Shown piece after piece: positions 1-11,199 of a DNA stretch of 64,000 nt. The stretch spans positions 22,322,001 to 22,386,000 of the forward strand of contig NC_087436.1 in assembly GCF_036321535.1 (NCBI RefSeq). Direction: 5' to 3'. Both the position numbers and the translations under genes were made by a program. The stretch's first letter is position 1. Every line of letters begins with the position of its first letter. The stretch is from Camelus dromedarius. Lineage: Eukaryota. The notes under the pieces were generated by a model. It did no database searches. It was given only the letters and a program-made list of their open reading frames with translations, and had not been told where the DNA came from.

Positions 1-169
1 GATGCATTTGGGGGTAGTTAGCATAAAAACTTCCTCAGAAACCTCTGTATTATAGAAGATAATGTGTTATATTTCAGGATATTTACAGTTGCATTTTTTT
101 ACTGTGTGAATGCTATACTATTTTCTTTTCTCCCCTAACTCCCCACCCCCCTCCTTCCCTGTTTAACAG

Positions 170-344
170 CAGACAAACCCAGGGAGCACTGAATGAATCT
201 GATGATCCTGAAACAGGCTGTCTAAGTGATAACAAGCCAACTTCTCGACACTTCTATCCCGTCGCCTTGCTGCTTGTCAGCTCACACCTGCTAGTCGTGT
301 GGCTTATTTTAAGTCTGGCATTACTTTTAGCCAAATACCAATAA
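170..344 (+). CDS. INPP4B: INPP4B alternative terminal exon, beta isoform (hydrophobic C-terminal tail)
   Basis: Branch point CTAAC at 135-139, pyrimidine tract, then acceptor CAG at 167-169. The phase-2 exon reads (S)[57 protein letters not shown] with TAA at 342-344. This matches my recollection of the type II-beta C-terminus and resembles the INPP4A-beta tail. It lies upstream of the clearly recognisable alpha exon, in the same phase. Confidence 0.9.
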
Positions 345-1572
345 GTTCTATGTTGTATTCCTTTCTTTTCTACAAATGACAATGGACCTAAAATCATGAG
401 GACACTGCTGTAATTTCTACATTTTCAGATTCACAGAATTTAAAACACACACACCCACACACACAAATGTTTGACTTGTAAGTGTTTTGTTTGTTTTTCC
501 TAAAATCTAAAAAAAATAGAAGTACTATGCATTCAGTGAAATTACTTTGCTCTTTTGTTCATGGAAAAGTGTTTCCCACTGTTTAACTCAAGAAGAATTT
601 TTAAATTCCTGTCTTTGGAATAAGACAAAGAGCAGAATCCTGAAAGCTTGAAGTTCTGCACCTCCAGTTCCTCTTCCCATTAAATTTATCAAAGAAATTG
701 ACTGAATTTGCACAACACATGGAAACCCTGAGACAAGTCCTAGAGATGTGCGAGGTTCCAGACTTGATTTCCGCTGTGCCGGTCTCATTGTTGCCGTCAG
801 CTGATGGAACCTTCTGTTTGAGTTGTTAACCTGGTCTGTGATTTCTTTGCTGCGATTAACCCTTTTCTGTCAAGTAACTTTCTGGAGAGAATGGCTATTT
901 CTGTTTTGTAATTAAATTAACCTGTTTGTAACTATTGTTTGGGTTGATTTGGCTTTCAGAGTCCTTTTCTATTCTTTCTGACAAAGTCTCGTTTGTGTCT
1001 TGATGCCCCGTTTTCAACCCCTGTGACTCGTGTACTGTCTGTGCACAAGCTCGCTTCTTTAAAGCTGAGACTTGGACCAGGCTGTCCCGAAAGCCATTTT
1101 CCTCTTTGTTGCACAGCTAAAATATGATGAAGTCAAATAGAGATGAAACTTTTCTTTAAAAAAATCTATAGGGCCAGACTTAATAAATTAAATGCCTTAT
1201 TCCTAGAACCTACATCCTTAGGGCTACATGTAGATTTTAATGTGTTTTAAAGAGATGGAGAAATTAATTTATGGAAAAGTTATAAAAAGGTGGATATATT
1301 TATGAAACTAAAAATGAAGCTGTATTGTGGAGCAAATTATATTTAAAGAGTTTATGAAACCTTAAATATATGTTAAGAGCCAAGGGACTCGAATCATCGT
1401 TTTTTCCGAGGGCAATAATGGTGTTGGGCCTGGCCTAGGATTTAATTTTGTAAGATGTATCATCATTTGTGAAAAAAAAAAATGTAGAGTTGAATCTTTG
1501 TTATTTTTACTCGGACTGTTGCTGCAACTCTGCATTGAACAAATAAAGCATATTTATTTATTCTGTGTTTCA
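345..1572 (+). other. INPP4B: 3' UTR of the INPP4B beta isoform (intronic in alpha transcripts)
   Basis: Follows the beta stop codon and ends in a UGUA + AATAAA + U-rich poly(A) cassette. The 3' end position is inferred. Confidence 0.7.
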
Positions 1573-1596
1573 TGAAGTTGTCCTTTTTCCCCTTTC
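1449..1596 (+). terminator. Poly(A) site of the beta isoform
   Basis: TGTA at 1449, 1456 and 1483; AATAAA at 1542-1547; candidate cleavage CA at 1571-1572; GU/U-rich sequence downstream at 1577-1596. Confidence 0.7.
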
Positions 1597-1601
1597 ACCA
1601 G

Positions 1602-1734
1602 AGAAGGATGCCGCATAGAAAATGTCATGAAGAATATCAAATGCAGGAAGTATGCTTTCAACATGCTCCAGCTGATGGCTTTCCCCAAGTACTACAGACC
1701 TCCAGAGGGGACTTATGGAAAAGCCGACACCTAA
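1602..1734 (+). CDS. INPP4B: INPP4B terminal exon, alpha (canonical) isoform
   Basis: Pyrimidine tract 1581-1596 and CAG acceptor at 1599-1601. The phase-2 exon reads (R)[43 protein letters not shown] with TAA at 1732-1734, the recognisable INPP4B C-terminus. Confidence 0.95.
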
Positions 1735-2283
1735 GTTTACCAACACGTAAACTAACAGGAACACAAATACGTTCCCGTTGGATAATCGCCACCTTTCCTT
1801 ATGTTTTCATTGTCATGCATTTGTGGAGGGAGGTGATCAAAGATGTATGCCCAAATCTAGGAATTGCCTGAATTAGTCATCTATCAGCATATTACTCGGA
1901 AAGAAATCCATTAAACAAATCTGAAATACTACTGTGTATTCTAGTTCTAAGCTTCCTCGGATTGATTCTCGCTGGTTGAGATCAGCTCAGAAAGGGAGCA
2001 TGTTGTTTCATGGAGTATTTTAATGAAAGGTGTTCAGAGAAGACCTAGGTTGCTACCAAGCAACTGGAGGTGCTTCAGAGAATGGCCCTCTCGACTCCAA
2101 AGTGACGATACGTGTGTGTCAAGAGGGGGAAGGCTTTGACATATAACTTCATGGCCTTTCTCACACAAAACCTGAGAGCCCTTGGGTGGACTTTAAAAAA
2201 TATTTTTCTAGTGACTTGAAATTAGGGAGAGTTAACTCATTATCTTGACTACAGAAGCAATTTGTGTGTGCTTGTAAAGACTT

Positions 2284-2370
2284 TTTTTTTTAAATGGAGG
2301 TACTGGGGATTGAACCCAGGACCTCGTGCATGCTAAGCATGTGCTCTACCACTGAGCTGTACCCTCCCCC
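2284..2370 (-). mobile_element. Camelid tRNA-Ala-derived SINE (Vic-1 type), short form
   Basis: Reverse complement is GGGGGAGGGTACAGCTCAGTGGTAGAGCACATGCTTAGCATGCACGAGGTCCTGGGTTCAATCCCCAGTACCTCCATTT-(A)n, with A and B boxes. Perfect 15-bp TSD TGCTTGTAAAGACTT at 2269-2283 and 2371-2385. Confidence 0.9.
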
Positions 2371-4882
2371 TGCTTGTAAAGACTTCTGTTATCCAGTCAC
2401 GGTGTGACTAGTCCTCCTTACCAGGCAGATGGACAGTGTTATTAGTAAAGCTGTAAAAATACTTTCTGGAAACATGGTGTCTTTTCAAAACTCTGACTTG
2501 GGTTGGATGGATCCATAAGCCTGAACTTTACGTGGTCAAGTTCAAGAAAGACCATAAGGTATCTTTGAGGTATTTTCTAGCAGTCATCTTGGTATAGAAA
2601 TACAGATGCTCTAAATATGCATAGATTAGCATATGTGAATAAGCCTTTTAAAACATATGCAACCATAACTAGTGAAAAACCAAAACAATTATTTCTCTTA
2701 ACCTGAATTTCAAATTTGTCCTTCCTCTGTAAAATAACGCCAGAAGTTTTCCAAAAATCCAAATTAGAAGTTACTTTTAGAGATCAAGTATAACACCATT
2801 ATAAATGCCTAAATTAAAGCATAAAGAAGATCTACCCCCGATCACCCAGCTAGATGGTTTTAGAACTATAAACGCAATCTCTTCTTACCTTCTTAGCCTG
2901 TGGCTTCTGTCTTCTCTAAGTTGCCACACTAAATATACACAGAAATTGGGGGAGAATGCTAGTTAAATAGAAACTGGTGTTTATTGCTGGAATTGAAGCT
3001 TAGAGTACCACGGTCTGAACAAATGAAATTTATTTTCTCCAAATTTTAAGAATATATTCTTTTTCCTTCCTCATCTGAGGAGCATGCCATCCAGAGCATA
3101 AATCCTCCATGGAAATGCCAAAAACCTGTTACACAGACATCTTTTAATTATGACCACATTCAATGGGTGACCTTAGGGGCTTTCCGTCACTGATGTGATA
3201 GCTCTTTGGACAAGACGCCTGTTGAAATTAGGATTCCAAACAGATCTCTAGGCTCACACTGGGTTTTTCAAATTACTGTAATTTTAGCTAACCCTTTGGG
3301 GCTTTTAATACCAGAATTGTCAATCTATTATTTTAGTTAAGGACTTCTGGGGATTGTACATGAGGTAGTTAACGACTAATTACAGCCTTTTTAACAAAAA
3401 GATGCTGTGTGCTGTGGATTTATTCATAGACAAATTATCTTGGTATTCTCCTTTGTACCTCATTCTCCATTTTACTGATTAAACATAACCTTTGAATTGT
3501 TCAATTTCATTTGGAAATGGTAGGATTTGTGGTTATTTTCATTATCCCTCTGGATTTAAGGTAAAGAGGTTAGGGTGACAGAGGTTTCCTTGAACAACTG
3601 TGAAACCCTATTCGGTATATGAAATGGTACTCTGAGCTCCAAGCTACCTTAGGTGATTATCATCCTGTAAATATTCTTATAAACAATAGCTTTTGTTTGT
3701 ATTTCTAAAAATGAAACCTCGATTCAAATATGGGAAAAATATTTATTAACTAGAAAGCCAACAGTAGGGTTTTCTGTTTGGGGAAGACATTTCAAAAAAT
3801 TTTTTTTCTTTTTCATTAAATGCTAACATAGAAGTTCTCAAAGAGTTGAGCTTACTGTAAGCCAAATGCATATCAGTTCTTATTTATTATTAGCGTAGTC
3901 ATCTGCATTTCCCTATAGGAAGCCTGTATTTGTGCTACTTCTAAAAGTGGATTTCATTACGAACTTTGTTATTTCATATTGACAACAGTAATACTCCTTT
4001 CCTGAGAGATTCTCCAAGTATCCTTGGAAAACTTAAGTTTCTTTCTAAGTTGAAGAGAAAAAGTTACACAAAAAGTTTTCAATCTCTTTTGTACAAACAC
4101 AGCCTCAGTCATGCTTTTCTATTTCCATTTTCATTTGAAAGATGCACCAGTCATTCAATTTTAAAAGATCATGTTGAGCCAGAAACTGAACTAAGAAAAT
4201 AATATTTCCAAACAAGAGAATTTTTTCCTACTCAAAAACATGTTTACCCTCTGATATCATCAAATATAGATAGCAATTCTGTATTAGTTATTTAGAGTCC
4301 TACAGAAAACATTTAAAAACAAGATAAGGTGGTATGCTGATTATGTTTGACCCAGCGACAAAAGACCCAGAGCCTGAAAATATTCTGCAAAACAGTTAAA
4401 AATAAAAATTTGAAGTATTTTATTGAAGCAGACCTACGCTTAGATGCACCCATTCATTTATTTCTTATGCAGCTGTTTCTTTCTTAGAAATATCACCTTC
4501 AGTTTTGTCTGTACTCTGCCAAAACAATTCTCTGATGTCAATAGTTTGGTCAATCCAATAATCCAGTGAGGCAGAGTAACCATCTGATCATGCTAACAAG
4601 TTGTACTAAAGTGACCAACTGCCCGGATTGAGCAGGATCCCTGTAACTAACCTCCAGTCCTTACTTTATAAGACTAACACCTCCTCTTCTGGAGAAGTGT
4701 GAAGTCTTAAATCTAATGTCTGGATGGAGGGAACTTCTCTTTTTCCCCTCAGCTAAGTATGGTGTTTTGCACAGAATAAGACAGTGGAAAAGAAAAGATT
4801 TGTATAGAGTAATACTTTTCTTCCCTAGAGAACCAAGTCCCTCCCTATATAAAGTTCGATAAATGCTGAGAAAAGAGGCTAA

Positions 4883-5263
4883 CAGTGGTGTGCTGGAACT
4901 GGCTTATGCTGACTCATGATAGTTGATCATTAAATTCTGTAAGCCAGTTGTTAAGCACAATTACTAAATATTAAATTATAAAACCCAACTGAATAAATTT
5001 TATTAAAAACAAAGGTAATACTTAAAACTTACCAGTTCCTAATTATTTTACTGCCTTTTACTATTCATCTGTGCTCTTGAGGTTATGTATGTCAGCTGCA
5101 TTTGCACAAATCAGCGTGTGCTAACGGTGCCTGACTCCACATCCCACTGGTAGCTTGAAATTCACCACAGTGGGCGTTACACCACAGAGGCTGCCAAGTG
5201 CTACCAACCCATCCTTGTAACTCCTGGAGAAACAGTTGTTAAACACTTACCAGAACACAGCTG
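4883..5263. mobile_element. MER63-like hAT-Blackjack non-autonomous DNA transposon
   Basis: Terminal inverted repeats CAGTGGTGTGCTGG ... CCAGAACACAGCTG and repeated internal CAGTTGTTAA motifs typical of MER63. Confidence 0.75.
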
Positions 5264-7214
5264 AATGCCACCATCACTTTTTCTCCAGAAGATAACCAAT
5301 AATTGGAAGCAGTATTAAATTATTAAAATGGCATGAAATGCAATCACTCATCTTCTGATGGCTACCGTTTTGTTTTGGTTTTTACCTTCTTTAAAGACTC
5401 TTATTAGGCTATAAGCAAAATTTGGTGTTTATATTTTAGTCATCATTAAATCATTTTATCGTAATGATGCGTTAAAAAAAGACTCTCTCTGTAATGTTCT
5501 GCAAGGGGAATCTCAGCCATGCAGCTTTAGTGTAAACCACAAAAACTTTAGGCTAAATTCAGGGAGATGTTAGCCTCATTAGAGCATCACTAAAAATGCG
5601 TTTGTACTTCAGTATCAATTTTGAAGTTTATGATTTTCGCATTTGCTAAAAGCAGGAAAAACAGTAACGTATTACTGTGCCCAGATTCTAATAAATATAG
5701 CTCAGTTGAAAACCAAACTGTTAGATTAAACAGATTAAACTCTGGCAGTATGCTAAATCACATAGATGTTTTAGGTGTTTGTTTTCCAAACAAAATGATA
5801 TATCAATTGTTTAGTTCAATATACAAGGCACCTTTTGTAATCTTTTGGGAAATAAATTAACTTTTATCACGGATTTAAGAAACTGGTCTGAGAAAAACTG
5901 TGGTCAGCAGTTGTTGCAGAGGGAAGCAAATACATTGAACACAAGGCGTCCCTAATAGCTGGAGGCTTCACACTTTAAGAGCTACTGAAGAGGATAATAT
6001 GCTGAGAGTCCTGTCGTTGATTGATACTTTTAGGTGAATTCACAGAATTCACATTCATTGAACCTAGCTGCAGTCTGCAAGAGCTACGCTTTTTTCCCCT
6101 CCTATATTTATGTTTCATTACTTTATAAAGGAAGTACCGATCGATTATAGCTTTTGTTTCTTTGGACGATTTAACTCAGAACTTTCTGTCCAAACAAATG
6201 CTACCTATAGCAAAAACTGCCTTTAAGAAACAGAAAAAAATATAATATTTTAGATGAAATATTGCAGGCCAATTAGGTGTAGAGTTAAGGTGTGGAAATT
6301 TGGATTTTCACCTTCTAAGTCGTAGTGCACCTTTATCATTCTAATTTTATTTCTAAGCAAGTAAGAGGAAGTCTAAAGCATTTCTGATATCAAAGAAACA
6401 AATCCTATTTGGCTCTTAGTAACAAGGCGGTAGGAAAAATTATAAGATGCAATATTAACCTAAAAAAAGGTGCATGTAATCAGCTCTCCTGAGCTTGAAT
6501 TTTCATAGATTACATGAATATTTAGAGTTTTAAATTTGCAAGGGAAAACAAGACTCACAGTTAAGTATGGTGCTCAGAGAGACTGAGCATTAAAGGAGAG
6601 AAGACCTAGTAGGAGTGATGTTACCTGGTCAGCCGTATCCTGCTTATCTTCTAGTAGGTCTTTAAAATGATTCACTTTCGCACTCATGGTATGATTACAT
6701 TTCACAATCTTCCGAAAATCACCAGAATTACTCCAAGGTCATAACAGGGCACAACCAAACAGTACATCTTTAATGATGACTTATTGTGTTTTTATTAAAC
6801 AGCAGGAAATATTGACTCAAATATTGGCAAGATTGCTATATTATTTGTATTGTTCTCATGATGCTTTTATATCAGTATCAATATTAAAAAAACATTTCAT
6901 GTCTAAGAGTTTTCAAACTTCTAAAAGGCAGACTCCATGTGTCTGTAACAGTATAGACACCCCTCTTTCACTGCACACGTGCAATGCTTGGTACACATAT
7001 ACTTCTCATATGAATATTTTGTCCTTTTATTTAACCTAACATCTAATTTTCAGATTCGTGTGGTACTTATCTGAAACATTGGCATTTGTTTTCTTTTAAT
7101 GTTAGTTACATAATCTCGATGAACCAATAATGTAGTCCTAGGAAATGAGGCACAAATAGGTTAGATCATTTTATATTGACATTTGAAGAAATGTCATTTT
7201 GTTTTATTGTTCTG

Positions 7215-7300
7215 TGTAAACCATATTCATTGTACACTGTGTGTATATTTTGTTTAAATAAATGTGATTTTTATTTTTTATGTTTCTGTCTTTTTCTCCC
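7215..7300 (+). terminator. Distal poly(A) site of INPP4B alpha
   Basis: TGTA at 7215, 7231 and 7242; AATAAA at 7257-7262; long U/GU-rich tract downstream. Confidence 0.7.
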
Positions 7301-8659
7301 TAATACACATTTTTTTTCATTTTTATCAATGTAGCAATGTCTAAAAATTAAACAGCAGCAGGTAGCCTAAACAATATTTCAAAAAGAAAAGACTAATTTT
7401 CTGATGAACTACAATTACAATAGAGATTTTAAGCTGATGGTAGTTTAGTGTCAAATTTACTAGCAGAATGCATCTTTTAGGGTTGCTGTTCTATGGGAAT
7501 AAAATCGACCATAATTTAAAAAGGATTCAAGAACCAGATGTCAATGCTTCAACTCTGAGCAAATCATCGATCTTTGTCCTCTAGATTATATTAGTCATTT
7601 GAGCACATGAGATAACTTTTCCTTATAGGCTTCAAATATGATAAATTGCAATTCATTATAGCAGTAGATAGTAGAAGACAAATCCCAAAAGGTTTTAATT
7701 AGATCTTGTTCCAAAAAAAATTAACCAACTGAGGCCCTTGATTGCATGTAAAGAAAATAAAGTTTTGCTATTGGAGAATTTCAAGAACGTATCTGATCCT
7801 GCAGCAAAAAAGTTCTGTAATGTCATCGTCATCAATATATATTCATACTAACATGTCTCTACGTCTGAGCAGGAACAATGCTGGAGGTAACCCCATGGTA
7901 ACAATGCATAGTGAACGGTAGCAAAACGCTGCCTACTAGAGAACCAGAAGAGTAGCCTGAGTGGAGTAGGAGTACTCTTCTGTCTTTATGCAAAGGTTCC
8001 TTGAGTTTTGTAGGTGACAGTCCCACTCAAAGTCAAAGTAAAACAAGGAACTCATAACAGCTACAGTTTGGTATCTCCAGAGAGGGCAGTTGGAAAGATG
8101 GATAGATATAATCAGAACATGTAAAGCCAACACCCATTCTAAACCGAAGTAGCCACATGGGCATGATTCTGTGGCTCCCTAGAACAGCAAAAGCTGAGTT
8201 CTCTGTTTTCTTAATGATCTTGATGAGTAAGAGTGACCCAAGAACAGATTTTTAAGTAAAAAGGGGAAGAGAAAGGGGAAAGCACACTGGGGTAGGATTC
8301 CAGGAATGTGATACTCAACCATTAAAAGCTCCCTTCTATCCTACGCCATATGAATTTGTTACTATAGCCCTTCATTTCAGAATTAAATAATAGCAATGAT
8401 GATAATGGTCTGCTTTTTGCCTAGAGTGACGACTTCTCAGTTTTCAAACCAGCTGACCATAAACCATTCCTCCTTGGTGTTTATTCACCTCCTTGGAATG
8501 TGAATGTGAATGTGCTGCACTTAACTACTATTTCTGCTTCCTCTGCTTGCTTCTTGCATTTAAGAATTACCCAGAAGTCTAGACTCAGTGTTATTTTCTC
8601 ATTTGACATGCTCTCCTTTGAGTTCTTCAACTGTTTATTTCTAAGGAGAAAACTCCAGC

Positions 8660-8850
8660 ACAGGACTAAGGAACGTGGACTTTTGAGTCAGACTTTCTGG
8701 ATGCAAATCCAATTCCCCCACTTTATTAGATATGGAAATATGTCAAGGTACTTAACGTGTCCATGTCTTCACATTCTTATCCGTAAAATGAGGGTAATAG
8801 TATGACTTAGTATTTCTTGATGAAGAGGGAGTGAGAAAATGTATGTATAG
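8660..8850 (+). mobile_element. MIR SINE
   Basis: Degenerate MIR core: GAGTCAGAC...CAAATCC...TACTTAAC...TTCTTATCCGTAAAATGAGGGTAATAGTA. Confidence 0.75.
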
Positions 8851-9445
8851 CCCTTTGCCCCAGGTCCACTCTGCTGGATCTTCTCTGCTGGCATTCAGCC
8901 TCTGTTCCCACCATGGGTTAGCCTCCTGAAGTCCCACTTACCGGGAACTTAAGGGCTGGAAGACTAAGAACTGTATTTCCTTAGCACACTTACCGAGAGA
9001 GTGCAGGATATCACATAGCTTCTGCCAAGGAGCCCCACCTACACCATATTTGGAAGGCAGAAGGAAGACAGCAAGGCGGGGGAGGCACTGACCCCTCGTG
9101 CATCAGAGCGGGCGGATCAGAGTGCATCGGTCCGCAGCAGCTGAACTCCCACATTTATTGTTGATTCCACAGCGTGCTGGTGGTGGTGGCTATAACTTCA
9201 GCCTGGAGAATGCCATAGCAGCAGTGTTTTCCTAACCTGTAGGCGTCTGTAGTTGTTCCTGAACACTGAATCAGAGGAGCTTGAAGTCAGAAGCCTGGTA
9301 AGAGTTCACTTCTGGCAGGAAGTTCCTCTTTCCTTTCCAATGGTTGTATCAACATCAAATCCCCCATATTACATATACTAACTTATTTTCTGCTAGGAAG
9401 AGCTAGACTGGATTCTCTGTCCTGCACTGAGCTCTGGCTGATGCT
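8850..9445 (+). mobile_element. Old ERVL-type LTR (LTR33/LTR50-like)
   Basis: Resembles the recalled LTR33/50 consensus (AAGAACTGTATTTCC...; 3' end GCTAGACTGGATTCTCTGTCCTGCACTGAG). Family assigned by eye. Confidence 0.5.
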
Positions 9446-9629
9446 CTCAGCCTATAGGACGCATTCCATAAATGTCTTTTTGATAGTTGTTGCTGATTAA
9501 CTTATTTATCTTTGATTTTTCCAGCTGGCATCCAGCACCACCTCTCCAAGTATCTGCTGGCTCTTTGTGTATGTATATGTTTTAAGAAACTCTAATTTCA
9601 TTGCCCTCCTCCCAGTTTGCACATCGCCG

Positions 9630-10170
9630 TCCTAAGGATTCCATCTCTGTTAACAGAATCCATATCCTAGTCACTTGGGTTCACGAGCTTGGATCAGCTT
9701 TTGACACATAATATTCCATTTGTCCCAAAGGTCCGTCTGTGTTACCACCATATCCCTCAAATCTGTCACTTCCCCCTTTCATTGCCACAGCGATTTTCTT
9801 CACATGCATCCTCTATTACCCTCATAACTACTGCTCCATCCAAACTAAGTGAGGCTTGGTATTCAAGGACACCCACAGTGTGGCCTTATCTTCTCTATCA
9901 AGGCTTATTTTCTATCCCCATGCATATCCACACTAGGAGTTTGCATACACAGTGTATGTCCCTTAAACACACACGAACACACACATACACAAACACACTC
10001 AGACACCCAGGTTTTCTCACGGATATTCTCTCAGGCTATCTCCTTTTCCCCACCATTCCCAAAGCTATTGCTCAAAGTTGAACTCAAATGCTTCTTATTC
10101 CGAAGCAATCTTCTCATCTAACTCTAGATGAAATTCGTCTCCACCATTCCAGTTCTTACATAGTACTTTG
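9630..10170 (+). mobile_element. L2 fragments with an internal (CA)n tract
   Basis: Degenerate, pyrimidine-rich L2 3'-region motifs (CCATCTCTGTTAAC..., CTCAAATGCTTCTTATTC...). Confidence 0.5.
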
Positions 10171-10174
10171 TGTT

Positions 10175-11165
10175 ATTCATTCATTCATTCATTTGTACAT
10201 TCATTTTTTTTTTACTCTTTCATTCATTTAAAAGATAATGTTTGCGTGTCTGTGTAGCTGGCGTGCTGTTAGACACAGGGTCCAGGCTGGTGGGGGGAGG
10301 CAGACAAAAATAAAACCAACTAAGTAACAAGTTAGAAATATTAATTATCATGTATGATATGAAGTAAGAGATCTGGGAATTTTTGCAGAGAATCATGGTG
10401 TAGATTGGGTGGTTCATTGCTTTAGACAGAATGGTCAGGGGCGATCTCTCTGAGGAGATATCATCTAGATTAAGCTGTAAAGGAGGAGAATCATCCAACC
10501 AAAGGAAGGTAGGGGACAAACAAGGACAGTGTGTTGGGAGGACCAGCACCTGGACAACAGAGTCTGGGGCTGGGGGACAGACGAGATTTAAGTTAGCAAA
10601 AGCTTCTTAGACCAGGAAAAAGGATTTAAATTTTATTTTATGTGCAATTAGAAGCAATTACATGGTTCCAAGCAGGGGATTAAAGTGACCTGGCTTAGAG
10701 TTTTAAAGGTTCACGTCAGGTGCTACACAGATGCTGAATTATAGGGAATCAAAACAAAGTGTGAGGTGGTTGGAAGGTTCTGCAGTATAGTGAGAGGTGG
10801 TGTTGGACTGGGGTTAAGGCAGTGAAAATTAAGAAAAGTGCAGAGAGAGATTCAAGTGATATGTAAGGAGTAAGAATGGCAGGACTGGCTGATGCGTTGG
10901 TAGCAGTGGAGAGTGAGGGAGACCAAGTAATTAAGGTGAATTTCATTCCTGACTTGAGCAACTGAAAAGTGATGGCAACATACTGAGATGCAGAAGAAGG
11001 AGGCAAGAATAGGTTTGAGGGGAAAGCAGTTGTTTGGCCTTGAACATGGTTAAGTTCAGTGGATTAAGTCATCCAATTCAAGCCTGGAATTCATGGAGAT
11101 GAATCTGGGGTGCAGAGAAAAGTCTAAAGTGGGAACAGAAGAGCAGTGTAAGCTGTCAGCCTGTG
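10175..11165 (-). mobile_element. L2a LINE 3' portion
   Basis: Starts with the (TTCA)n tail, followed by purine-rich antisense L2 sequence (GACTTGAGCAACTG...GATGGC, TTGAACATGGTTAAGTTC). Confidence 0.8.
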
Positions 11166-11199
11166 TAAATGAATAGAAACACTCAGAATAGTAGTCAGC

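Larger units (their letters stand above)
1735..7285 (+). other. INPP4B: Long 3' UTR of the INPP4B alpha isoform (~5.5 kb)
   Basis: Repeat-poor, AU-rich sequence after the alpha stop, ending at a strong poly(A) cassette. The extent is inferred. Confidence 0.65.

Noticed and set aside
1572..1871. 99-aa + strand ORF from the ORF track
   Set aside because: It overlaps the true alpha exon in the wrong frame and starts inside the splice-acceptor region.
2284..2370. tRNA-Ala(AGC) gene
   Set aside because: The poly-A tail, 15-bp TSD and a related second copy identify it as a SINE.
3361..3369. TGAGGTAGT, identical to the 5' end of let-7
   Set aside because: It is in the sense orientation, so it is not a target site. 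I see no hairpin or further similarity, and a match this short is expected by chance.
9689..10121. 130-aa and 90-aa ORFs
   Set aside because: They run through L2 remnants and a (CA)n tract and show no protein-family similarity.
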